A DNA stretch of 64,000 bases from an uncultured delta proteobacterium (lineage in GTDB: Bacteria > Myxococcota_A > Polyangia > Fen-1088). Location of the stretch: positions 640,001 through 704,000 of the forward strand of contig CAWCMR010000025.1 of the NCBI GenBank assembly GCA_963796685.1. Reading direction: 5' to 3'. The stretch's first letter is position 1; every line of letters begins with the position of its first letter. The position numbers and the translations under genes were made by a program. The notes under the pieces were generated by a model, which worked only from the letters and a program-made list of their open reading frames with translations, made no database searches and was not told the DNA's origin. Positions 15,097 through 24,333 of the stretch are shown piece after piece.

Positions 15097-16080
15097 TCAA
15101 GGGCAGGCACGGGTGCTGGCGTTGCACGACGTTCCCGCGTTGCAGGATCCTGTGCCCGCGCAGGAAACCTGGCAGGAGGTGCCGCTGCAGCTCACCGGCC
15201 GGGCGCACGAGCTTCTGCCCGAACAGGTCACGATGTTGGCGGCCGCGTAGGTCGAGACGCCCCCTCCGCACGAGCGAGAGCCCGAGCAGTCGGTGTTGCA
15301 CTGGTTGCCCGAACAAGTAACCCCCGCGGCGCAGCTGTTCTGGCCGCTGCACGTGATCCGCGAGGTGGCGGCGTTGCTGGAGACGCCCCCCGAACAAGAG
15401 GCACCCTCGGCGCAGGTGACCTGGCACTCCTTGCCGCCGCAAAGGATCGCACCGGCGCAAGAACCGGCCTGGCCGCAGGTGATATCGCAGGTCTTGCCTT
15501 GCGAGCAGTCAACGCCGAGCGGGCATCCGTCAGCCCCGCAGGTCACCTGGCAGGCCTGGTTGTCTGGACAAGTCACCACCGCCAAGCACGTACCCGAAGC
15601 GCTGCAGTCGAACACGCATCCCGTCGTTCCGTATTGGCCGCCGTGCTCTTCGCAAATCGAAGCCGGGGTAACCTCCGGCCCTGAATCGTGGGGCGCGGCA
15701 TCCACCGGCTCTCCTCCGTCCGCACCGGGCAGCCCTCCCGTGCCGGGCAGCCCTCCCGTACCAGGCAGTCCTCCCGTGCCGGGCAGTCCTCCCGTGCCGG
15801 GCAGTCCTCCCGTACCCATGGCACCACCGGTCCACACCAGGCCGCCGCTCGTCGAGACGCCGCCGCTGCCGATGGCGCCGCCTGCCGCGCTGCCAGTCCC
15901 CAGGGCATCCGCCCCGCCGGCCCCCGCGTCTGTCCCAAAGCTCTCGCCTCCTGTGTCCCCGATGGTTGTACCCCCAGCTCCAGCGGGGCTCGCGACCCCC
16001 AGTCCGGACTTGTCCACTTGGCAGGCGAGCGGGCACAACAGTGCTGCTGCCAAGAAAAACCATCCTGTTGTCGTGCGCAT
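15097..16080 (-). CDS. Cys-rich repeat lipoprotein
   Basis: Lipobox PLAC, GTGGLP repeats, C-terminal (V/I)TCSGxxSCxxGV repeats. Confidence 0.75.
   Translation of the reverse strand: MRTTTGWFFLAAALLCPLACQVDKSGLGVASPAGAGGTTIGDTGGESFGTDAGAGGADALGTGSAAGGAIGSGGVSTSGGLVWTGGAMGTGGLPGTGGLPGTGGLPGTGGLPGTGGLPGADGGEPVDAAPHDSGPEVTPASICEEHGGQYGTTGCVFDCSASGTCLAVVTCPDNQACQVTCGADGCPLGVDCSQGKTCDITCGQAGSCAGAILCGGKECQVTCAEGASCSGGVSSNAATSRITCSGQNSCAAGVTCSGNQCNTDCSGSRSCGGGVSTYAAANIVTCSGRSSCARPVSCSGTSCQVSCAGTGSCNAGTSCNASTRACP
15725..15814 (-). repeat. 18-bp tandem repeat, five copies (GTGGLP)
   Basis: cc(g/a)ggcag(c/t)cctcccgt(g/a) repeated five times. Confidence 0.85.
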
Positions 16081-16316
16081 TGTGCTCCAGCTAGCGGCCA
16101 CGGCCATCAGCGCCCCCCCCGAGTCCCTCGTCGAACGGCGTCCCCGGCCGTGGAGAAGACGGGGCCCCCGGTAATTGTGATGCCACTGGCTCGAGCGTAC
16201 AAGCGAGAAACAGACTGTAAGGAAGGTTGCAACGCATTGCCAACAAAAAGCAAGTGCGCCGAGCCAGGTCCCCGGTCGTCACCCCATTCGAACCCGTGCC
16301 CCGATGACCGATTTCT

Positions 16317-17057
16317 TCACTGCTTGAACAGGCCGGTCTGAAGAACGCCCATCTTGCTCAGGCGGAATTGTAGGGCCGTCCACAGGCAGCCAAGGCCGTA
16401 GCGCATGCTGCGGAGAAAGTTGATCGATGACGCCTCTTCGAAATACTTCGCGGGGCAGGTGACCTCGGCGATGTTGAAGCCGAAGTAATGGATCTGCGAC
16501 AGCATTTGATTGTCGAACACGAAGTCGTCCGAGTTGCGGTCGATGGGCACGGTCTCGAGCACCTTGCGCGTGAAGGCGCGATAGCCGGTGTGGTACTCGG
16601 AGAGCTTGGCGCCCATCAAGACGTTCTGGGCCATGGTGAGAAAGCGGTTGCTGATGTACTTGTAGAGCGGCATGCCGCCCTTGAGCGCCTGCCCGCCCAG
16701 GATGCGCGAGCCCAACACGACGTCGTAGAGCCCCGATTCCAGGATGTAGGCCATGGCCGAGACCAGCTTGGGCGTGTACTGGTAGTCGGGGTGAAGCATG
16801 ATGACGATCTCGGCGCCGGCTTCGAGCGCCGTCTTGTAGCAGGATTTCTGATTGCCGCCGTAGCCCCGGTTGCGCGGGTGCACGATGGTCTTGAGCCCCA
16901 ACTCCTTGGCCACCGCCACGGTCTCGTCGCGGCTGGCGTCGTCGACGAGGATGATCTCGTCCACGATATCCATGGGAACTTCTGCGCACGTGGTACGCAG
17001 GGTCTTGCCGGCGTTGTAGGCGGGCATGACAACGACCACTTTCTTCCCACGTATCAC
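16317..17057 (-). CDS. GT2 glycosyltransferase, DPM-synthase-like
   Basis: VVMPAYNA, VDDASRD, NRGYGGNQK, HPDYQY, GYRAF; GTG start after GGAGG. Confidence 0.9.
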   Translation of the reverse strand: MIRGKKVVVVMPAYNAGKTLRTTCAEVPMDIVDEIILVDDASRDETVAVAKELGLKTIVHPRNRGYGGNQKSCYKTALEAGAEIVIMLHPDYQYTPKLVSAMAYILESGLYDVVLGSRILGGQALKGGMPLYKYISNRFLTMAQNVLMGAKLSEYHTGYRAFTRKVLETVPIDRNSDDFVFDNQMLSQIHYFGFNIAEVTCPAKYFEEASSINFLRSMRYGLGCLWTALQFRLSKMGVLQTGLFKQ

Positions 17058-17184
17058 GGCGGCGAACCTCCTCGGGAGATCTGAGAAATCGGATGACCAG
17101 GCCATGATCCAGCCCATCGGGTCGAAGGACAAGCCTCTCGGCGCATAAATCGGCCTGGGCCTACGGGCCCGTTGCCGCACGTGG

Positions 17185-17876
17185 TCACTTCTCGAAGTGT
17201 TGGTAGTCCTTCATCGAATCCCAGGCTCCGCCCCAAAGCCAGCCGCGGCGGGCGAACGCGCGCACCGCTTGGTCGCCGGCGCGCAGGATTCCGGGCGCCT
17301 TCTTCTCCCTGTCCAAGAATGCCGAGCCGGCGGGAGGGAAAACCTGGCCGTCCATGACCATGGGATTGGTGCGCGGATTGATATCGATGGCGCGGCCGAA
17401 GCTGTGCTTGGAGAAGACGCCGGGCTTTCCCGCTACGAATCGGCAGTTGAAGGCCGAGGTGTTGTTGTCGGCCATGGAGGCATCGTCGTCGCCTTGGTAG
17501 TCGTCGATGACCTTCATCTTCTCGATGGCAAATCGCCGGGCGAAGAGCACCTTGAAGATGGCCAAGACGTCGCTGACCACATCCTTGTGCACCACGGCTC
17601 GCCCTCGTGGACGGCCCCGTCGTAGCCATAGTGAGCGAGGCGGACATAGACCAAATCGGCGATGGGCGTGGGGCACTCCGGTCGCCACGAATGCTGGCGC
17701 ATGCGCCTGGCAAGCGATTCGGGAACGGGGCCTTGCGTGAGGTGGAAAGACGAAGGGGTGGTACGGCCCACCTGGGGCGCGTCGGCCGCTTCGGCCGCTC
17801 GAAGCCCTTGCGGCGCACGCGGCGCATATGGATCGCTGGCCAGGATGAGCAGCAGCGCTATCCCGAGCGCGCTCAC
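17185..17876 (-). CDS. M15 family metallopeptidase; frameshift near 17598
   Basis: SWRPECP..HYGYDG in 17514..17876; NNTSAFNCR, SKHSFGRAIDINP and WGGAW..KDYQHFEK in 17185..17688. Confidence 0.85.
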
Positions 17877-18064
17877 GACCGTGATTTCCTTCTGGCCAGC
17901 GGGCTCATGGCTAGATCAGCAGCTTGTTTCTCCTGGGGCGTTTGTCAAATTCGGTGCGGCAGACCTGGACTTTTCGAGGCACGATTCATCAGAATTCTGA
18001 AGCCGTGCACCCCGTTCGAGGCACAACGCCAAGTAGATAAGCCTATTGCGTGGCGACGAACCGC

Positions 18065-18080
18065 TGGCACGCAAGATGCT
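18065..18080 (+). promoter_or_regulatory. Sigma-54 (-24/-12) promoter
   Basis: TGGCACGCAAGATGCT has GG-N10-GC spacing, 45 nt before the ATG at 18126. Confidence 0.65.
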
Positions 18081-18125
18081 GTGCTTGAGGCGGTAGCCCA
18101 CCAACCCGAGTCAAAGGAACACGTC

Positions 18126-19262
18126 ATGATGCTTGCGAAGCCACTCCTGGGGATTGCCTCTTTGGTCACGGTTCTTGCCCTCCCAGGGCTCGCCGCCGCG
18201 CAGACTTGTGCCAGCGATAGCGACTGCGCCAAGGGTCTGACCTGCCAGGCCAGCCCCGTGGCGCCGCCCCCCACGCCGGCGTGCCCGGCCGGGACCGACT
18301 GCCTTCCAACCGGCGTGGCCCCTTCGCCGTCCATGAGCTGCCTGCCCGCTCCCTGCCAGACGGACACCGACTGCGGCCAAGGGATGGTCTGCCACAGCCA
18401 AACGAGCTCCGTGTGCAGCGGCGGAACGGCCGTCGCGGTCAAGTGCGATCCCAACACGGTGTGTGACCCCGCGCCCCCCACCGTGCCCCCCGTGTGCACC
18501 GATACCACGACCTCGCAATGTGTCTACAAGTCGAGCCTGCCCTGCAACGCCGACGCTGACTGCGGCGACGGCTTCGTATGCCAGCCGTCGACCGTGGGCA
18601 CTTGTTCCGGCTCATCGGGTTCTGCCTCGGGCGGCTCGGCGGCCTCGTCGTCGGGGGCCGGGGGCGGAACTGGCTCGGGCGCGTTGCCGCCCACCCTGGC
18701 CACGCCGGATGGAGGCGCCACGACCACGTGCACGACCGTGACCTCCTATCCGGGTTCCTGCCAGCCGAAAGTGACTATCTGCAACGCGGACTCGGACTGC
18801 CTCCCCACTTGGAAGTGCGTGACGACCATGGTCTCGAATACCGCGACCGGCGCCCCGATGCCGGTCGACGGCGGCGGCGCGTCCGCTCAGCCCCCCACCA
18901 TCACGGCCACTGAGACCTCGACCGCGACGTCGGTCAGCACTTGCCAACCCCCCACGTCGTATCCGCCACGTACCGTCGGAGGCACCGAGGGTGGAACGGG
19001 AACGGGAACCACGCAGACGACGAACACGGCCCCTGCGACTCCCGATGCCGGGGCCACGACCAAGGGCGCGACCACGCCGCCCACCACCGCAACGCCTGGT
19101 GGTGGCCCCACCTCGACCGACACCAAGACCACCGCCGCGGCGACAGGTGGCGGTGGCGGCTGCTCCCTGGGCGCTGGCACGCCCTCTCACGGCTCGGCCG
19201 TCCTGCTGGGCCTGTTCGGGGCCTTGCTCGCCCTCCGCGCTCGACGGGGACGCCAGGGGTAG
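18126..19262 (+). CDS. Secreted Cys-rich protein with MYXO-CTERM-type sorting signal
   Basis: Signal peptide, CxxDxDCxxGxxC repeats, Thr-rich linker, C-terminus GGGGCSL..hydrophobic..RARR. Confidence 0.85.
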   Translation: MMLAKPLLGIASLVTVLALPGLAAAQTCASDSDCAKGLTCQASPVAPPPTPACPAGTDCLPTGVAPSPSMSCLPAPCQTDTDCGQGMVCHSQTSSVCSGGTAVAVKCDPNTVCDPAPPTVPPVCTDTTTSQCVYKSSLPCNADADCGDGFVCQPSTVGTCSGSSGSASGGSAASSSGAGGGTGSGALPPTLATPDGGATTTCTTVTSYPGSCQPKVTICNADSDCLPTWKCVTTMVSNTATGAPMPVDGGGASAQPPTITATETSTATSVSTCQPPTSYPPRTVGGTEGGTGTGTTQTTNTAPATPDAGATTKGATTPPTTATPGGGPTSTDTKTTAAATGGGGGCSLGAGTPSHGSAVLLGLFGALLALRARRGRQG

Positions 19263-19392
19263 CCTATCCCGGTAGGTACCCAAACTCGATGCCGCACGGC
19301 GCGGGACGTGCAGGCTACCGTCGATTCAAAGGGAGCAATGTTGTCCTGTCCCGTATGCAGGAGCACGGTGTTACTGACAGCGAAATTCACGT

Positions 19393-20592
19393 TCAAGGCG
19401 ACTTCGACCCGTAGACCATCGTGGATGTGGTGTTACTCCTGCCATCGGGAACGAGCGACAGCTCTGTTGTCTCCGATTTCTCCAGGCTTGCAGGCGATGA
19501 GGTTGGAAAAGCGATGCGGCTCGCATTGGGGTGGGCCGACGTTGCAGGCGAGCAGATGCCGGTGGCGTACGACGACCCGAATACCGAGGGGGCTCCCGAC
19601 GATGTATCCATCTCTGCGCGGAACACCATGTTGGCGCCGGCGGATATGGTCGGGTAGGTACCGGAAGCGACGGTTGTGTTTCCGTCCATCAGGGACAGCG
19701 ACACGTTCGTGCCGCTTGGGATGGATGTACATGCCCCGATCGGCGAACAGCTCCCACTCATGGCGGAAAAGCTCGCGCCGCCAACATTGAGCGTCAAGAG
19801 GAAGTCCTTATTGCTCTTCTGGAGGAAGTTGCAGAACTTGGCCATGGTTCCCGCCGTGCCGGTTCCACCCGAGCAGATCCCCCCGGCTCTGTTCGACTCG
19901 AACGTCGGTGAGCTGCTGCTATCGAGAATCGCTCGTATCAGCAGCTCAGTCCCGGCAGTGAGGTCGATGGTGCCCGAGGAAAGCGTTGTCGAACCGTTCA
20001 TAAGCACGAATGGGGTTGCGGCTCCAGCTGGAACCGCAAGGCAGTAGCCTACAGGCTCGCAATTGCTTGATGTCGCCGAGATCTTGGTGCCGTTGACGCT
20101 CAGGGTGAGGGTTAGCGACTCTCCACCCGAGGCGGAGAGCTGGTTGCAGAACTTGACATTCGCGGAGTCCGAGGATGTACCTGTGCTTCCTCCGCCTCCA
20201 GTCGTTTGGCCCCCCGAACCAGCCTCTCCCCCGCTTCCTCCCGTCCCTGCGCTGGTACCGACCCTGGTACATTTATCGGAGTTAGAGCAATCGGGAACAT
20301 AGCCTTCGCTCACGCAAGCCGCGGCGCCATCCGCACAGTTGACAACCGTGTCACAGGCCACTTGTGAAGCCCAACAGGTAGCCGACCCAGGGCAGTAGTA
20401 GGCAGGCGCAGAGGGGCAGGTGGTTTGGCCAATTTCGTAGCACACGCTCTGTGAGCCGGTATAACTGTCGTCACCGCATACAAAGCCGCTGGGGCATGTT
20501 CCGGCGGGGGAACACTTCGTGCTTCCGCTTTGGTAATCGGGGCTGCAGTTCACTAAGATCGCGACAATACTGACCAGCACAAATCGACTCAT
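19393..20592 (-). CDS. Lipoprotein with Cys-rich N-domain and two tandem ~100-aa domains
   Basis: Lipobox LVNC; two KFCNxL...GICS units. Confidence 0.75.
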   Translation of the reverse strand: MSRFVLVSIVAILVNCSPDYQSGSTKCSPAGTCPSGFVCGDDSYTGSQSVCYEIGQTTCPSAPAYYCPGSATCWASQVACDTVVNCADGAAACVSEGYVPDCSNSDKCTRVGTSAGTGGSGGEAGSGGQTTGGGGSTGTSSDSANVKFCNQLSASGGESLTLTLSVNGTKISATSSNCEPVGYCLAVPAGAATPFVLMNGSTTLSSGTIDLTAGTELLIRAILDSSSSPTFESNRAGGICSGGTGTAGTMAKFCNFLQKSNKDFLLTLNVGGASFSAMSGSCSPIGACTSIPSGTNVSLSLMDGNTTVASGTYPTISAGANMVFRAEMDTSSGAPSVFGSSYATGICSPATSAHPNASRIAFPTSSPASLEKSETTELSLVPDGRSNTTSTMVYGSKSP

Positions 20593-20607
20593 GACGTTGG
20601 GTCTCCC

Positions 20608-21762
20608 TTAGTATGTGTAGTGAACTACGGCGCCCACGGTGTCGGGACGAACGACTGGTGCGAGCGCTATGGAGGATTGTTGATGATCCTTCATCGCCAT
20701 CATGATGACGGCCGTGACCACACCTGCAGCGCCCACCCCATAACAAATTCCCGAGAGGTCGGCGTAGGTCTTTCCCGAGCTCTCTTTGCTGGAATCGTAT
20801 TGCTTGACCGTGTCGGAAAAGGCGCTTTGCGACAGGTAGGTAAAGACCCCGCCCGTCGCGAGCACCGCAACGCCAAGACCGCCGACGAGCCATGCGGCAT
20901 TGTTGTTCGTCGCTTGTGCCTGGTGCCCGCTGTCCGTGCCCACGTAGGCGCTAGGGGCACTTTGACTTTGACTCGGGTAGGGTGACGAAGAAGGGCTGGC
21001 AGATTGATTCGGGTACGGCTGTTGGACAGGCCCCGAAGCAGGAGGATAGCCCTGAGCGTAGCCGTAGCCGGCCGCTGGAGGCAAAGCGGTTGGAGAGCCG
21101 GGAGGCGCGCTGTAGGCCTGCGGAGGGAATCCGGCGGTTGGAGATTGACCCGGGTCTACGGGTTGCGGTGTACCCGGCGGCGGTCCGACAGGTGGGGCCG
21201 GGGCGATGGGATAACCTGGGCCATAGCCATACCCCGGCGCACTGGTCGCGGGTGGCGGAACAGCCGCCGTTCCGTAGCCCTGCGGTCCGGTGTTTGGAAG
21301 TCGACCAGGATCCGCCGCAGGTTGAGCAGCAGTTGGGGAGGAGATGCCTGTTGGGCCGGGGACCGTTGGGCCGGGGACAGGAGCGTTTTGATCCCGCAGC
21401 TTCTCCATCTCCGAGATCCATCCTTCGACCTCCGTGCGGTCTTCGGCAGTTATGCGCTTTTGCGTATGCAGGTAATCTCGCAAATTGCTCAGTGCTGGTT
21501 CTGCCCGTTGCAGATAGTAGTAGCAAGCTCCGGCATTGCGGGAGAAGACCGGAAAATCCGGGTGCGCCGCACTTAGGCGAGAGAAGATTTCGGCCGCCTG
21601 CTCATATCTCCCGCTTTTGTATAGGCGCTTGGCTTCCTGAAGCTCTCCGGCCGCTTTGTCGTCCAGTCCCGCGGCCAGTGCGCGCCCGGTGCTCCACACG
21701 GGTATTGCTACGACGAAAAGGAGAAGTCCTCCGATAGTCAAGTTCCTCAACGTGCAGTTCAC
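20608..21762 (-). CDS. Secreted TPR protein with Pro-rich linker and C-terminal membrane region
   Basis: EAKRLYKSGRYEQAAEIF..RNAGACYYYL TPR; ends in hydrophobic helices plus IALAPVV..GAVVHYTY. Confidence 0.8.
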   Translation of the reverse strand: MNCTLRNLTIGGLLLFVVAIPVWSTGRALAAGLDDKAAGELQEAKRLYKSGRYEQAAEIFSRLSAAHPDFPVFSRNAGACYYYLQRAEPALSNLRDYLHTQKRITAEDRTEVEGWISEMEKLRDQNAPVPGPTVPGPTGISSPTAAQPAADPGRLPNTGPQGYGTAAVPPPATSAPGYGYGPGYPIAPAPPVGPPPGTPQPVDPGQSPTAGFPPQAYSAPPGSPTALPPAAGYGYAQGYPPASGPVQQPYPNQSASPSSSPYPSQSQSAPSAYVGTDSGHQAQATNNNAAWLVGGLGVAVLATGGVFTYLSQSAFSDTVKQYDSSKESSGKTYADLSGICYGVGAAGVVTAVIMMAMKDHQQSSIALAPVVRPDTVGAVVHYTY

Positions 21763-21819
21763 TTAAGTCCCCTCTCTTCCTCGTCTGGTCTTTTGTTGTC
21801 AAGCCGAGCGAATTGTTTG

Positions 21820-23259
21820 CTAATGGGCAAGCCACCGTTCATCCGAGTTCCATTCCTTGATGCTTGTTGGAGAAGCCATTTGACCTGCGGCCTGATGCTT
21901 GCGCTTCGCAGGTTGGGTCCTTGCAGATGGTGCGGTCTTCGGCCGCTTCGTCGCGGGTAACTCGCCCTCCCCCTCCACCGGCAGCAAGGTATGAGGATCG
22001 TTGGCGGCCTTGCTGGGCATGGCGACCTGTTCCGTTGCCTCCGCCTTCTGCAATGCTACTTCGCGAACTGGCACACTCGGGGGGGCGATTGCAACCGAGC
22101 CGGCTGCAACCCTTCCGGTGTCCGCAATCGGACGGGTCGCGGAATCGCGCTTTGGCCGTAGCATCAGCAGCATTGCAATAGCAAGGATAGCTACGGCACC
22201 TAGCGCAAAAGCCGGCCAACGCCTGTTTCGTGTCACTGCCAGCATTTCCTCTTCAGTCTCGGGAGATTCCCCAACCTCCCCAGTGGCTCTCGAAAGGGTG
22301 GTACTTCTCGATGACATTGCCATCCGATTCAAGCCCGCGTCGAGAGTTGGACCTGTTGCCGAAAGAACCTGTGCCGGAACGCTCGGGCCCGGCGCTGGCG
22401 AGTCCAGGCCCCCGCGCAATGCGGCCACGAAAGATTCCACGCTGTCGAATCGGTCTTCACGGTCCCTTGCAAGACCGCGCATAATTGGGGCCTCGATGCT
22501 CACCGGTACGCGAGGAGCAAACTCACGCAACGATGGGGGCGTCGTGGTGAGGTGCATGAACAGTAGCTCGGTGCCGGACGCCGCCACGTGCGGCGTTCTT
22601 CCCGCCAGCATTTCGTAAAGAATGGTCGCGAAAGAATACACGTCAGAGCGCACATCGACGTCCGCGCTGTCCTTGCACTGCTCCGGCGACATATATGCCG
22701 GGCTGCCGATGATCATTCCGGTGCGCGTCCGAACCGTTCCACCCGTGCCGCCACCGAGGCGAATCTTTGCGATGCCGAAATCCAAAACCTTCACCCGCTC
22801 GCCACTGGGCACCCCTGTATCGGGCACCAGAAACAGGTTTTCTGGTTTCAAATCCCGGTGGACGATACCGGCCGCGTGGGCAGCTACCAAGGCAGAGCCT
22901 GCCTGGTTTGCAATGTCCAGGACTTGTCGCAGAGCGAGTCGACCTCGGTCCGCCAACCGCTTCTGCAACGACACCCCTTCGAGAAACTCCATGAGAATGT
23001 AGGGAGCGCCTTCGGGAGTTCCCCCAGCGTCCAACACTTCGACGATGTTGGGATGACAGATAGCGCTCGCCGCACGCGCTTCGTTGAGAAACCTTCGGAC
23101 CAACTCCGCGTCCTGCGCCAGCGCCGGGTGCAGTACCTTCACGGCGGCTCGACGTTGGATCAATTCGTTTTCGACCAGGTAGACTTCCCCGAAGCCCCCC
23201 TCGCCAATCAGCCGGACCACACGGTAGTTCCCGAAGCGTTGTCCCGCCTGCAGCGTCAT
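21820..23259 (-). CDS. Membrane Ser/Thr protein kinase
   Basis: [35 protein letters not shown] helix, tail WNSDERWLAH. Confidence 0.93.
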   Translation of the reverse strand: MTLQAGQRFGNYRVVRLIGEGGFGEVYLVENELIQRRAAVKVLHPALAQDAELVRRFLNEARAASAICHPNIVEVLDAGGTPEGAPYILMEFLEGVSLQKRLADRGRLALRQVLDIANQAGSALVAAHAAGIVHRDLKPENLFLVPDTGVPSGERVKVLDFGIAKIRLGGGTGGTVRTRTGMIIGSPAYMSPEQCKDSADVDVRSDVYSFATILYEMLAGRTPHVAASGTELLFMHLTTTPPSLREFAPRVPVSIEAPIMRGLARDREDRFDSVESFVAALRGGLDSPAPGPSVPAQVLSATGPTLDAGLNRMAMSSRSTTLSRATGEVGESPETEEEMLAVTRNRRWPAFALGAVAILAIAMLLMLRPKRDSATRPIADTGRVAAGSVAIAPPSVPVREVALQKAEATEQVAMPSKAANDPHTLLPVEGEGELPATKRPKTAPSARTQPAKRKHQAAGQMASPTSIKEWNSDERWLAH

Positions 23260-23568
23260 GTGTCAGACCTGGGCATATGGTACGCCGATCTGCGTTGTGG
23301 ACAAGCTAATTGGGTACCTCTTTACCTATTTAGCTGGCAATCGAGCTCCAGCATGATAACGGCACGCCGGCACAATGCGTTGTCGCCTTGGCTCACCCAT
23401 CACTTTCGCGCTCTTGCGGCAGGTTTTGCCGAGTAGAAAATGCCGAGCACGGGCCGCGAAGCTCACGGCTTCGCCATCACCAGTGCGGCACAGGGATTGC
23501 TGGTTTCGAGATGTGAATCATCCACACGGTAGATGCTCTTAACCAGGTGCGCTATTGCGGAGTCACTC

Positions 23569-24180
23569 ATGAACATCAGCACTATCAACAGCACGAATTC
23601 CACGGATATCTCGCCGTTTGTCGTGATGGCGCAGCTCCGTCGGCTGCGGCGGAGCGATCCGATTCGATTCAAGGCGGTCCTCGCGAGCATCTCCAGCGCC
23701 GTATTCTCGGAAGACACAACCCTTCCTCATGCCGCTGAAGCTGTTGGGAAAACTAGCGAAACCGATAGGACGTTTCTGATGGCGACTCGGTCTCGGCGCT
23801 GGCCGGTTGCCACGTTCGGAGGGATGGCGCTGGTCGGTGCTGTAACGCTGATTCTCCTTCGGCCAAACGAGCACGTCGTGGCGCATCTGGTAACGGCTGG
23901 GGGGAACACTGCGGTAGCGCGTACCATCGTTCCGGTTCGAGAGGAAGCGGTCAAGAAGACCGAGCCGAGAGTCGCAGTTGCTGCTAGCAAGACAACGGCC
24001 GGGCCACTGACCGAGTTAGCGCCTTTCGCCGGAACGTTGCCCATCCCAAAGCGGCTATTTCCCACGACCACATCTCAAACAACCGAAGACGCGAAGCGGA
24101 GTCAGCACGGAACACGCCGGACAACCTTGTCGCCAGCCACCAAGGACTGGAGTCCAGAAGAACGATGGCTTGCGCACTAG
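23569..24180 (+). CDS. Single-TM protein homologous to the C-terminal half of the adjacent kinase
   Basis: TRSRRWP-TM-LRP..VPVREEAVKK..WSPEERWLAH is colinear with the kinase tail; GGAG RBS before 23569. Confidence 0.7.
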   Translation: MNISTINSTNSTDISPFVVMAQLRRLRRSDPIRFKAVLASISSAVFSEDTTLPHAAEAVGKTSETDRTFLMATRSRRWPVATFGGMALVGAVTLILLRPNEHVVAHLVTAGGNTAVARTIVPVREEAVKKTEPRVAVAASKTTAGPLTELAPFAGTLPIPKRLFPTTTSQTTEDAKRSQHGTRRTTLSPATKDWSPEERWLAH

Positions 24181-24333
24181 TTCTTCGTTCTTGGAGTCGA
24201 GTGCACCAGTAATCACCTCCGAGCGATTCTGCCAAGCGGTAGTTCAGGCAGCCACGACCTCGGCGATGCCTCCGTGGCTGTTCCATGTCGATGGGGACTC
24301 AAAGTGAGTCATTGGGTGATACCCACGATGACT

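Noticed and set aside
16225-16245. Sigma-54 promoter for the 16080 lipoprotein (TGGCAATGCGTTGCA on - strand)
   Set aside because: GG-to-GC spacing is 9, not the required 10
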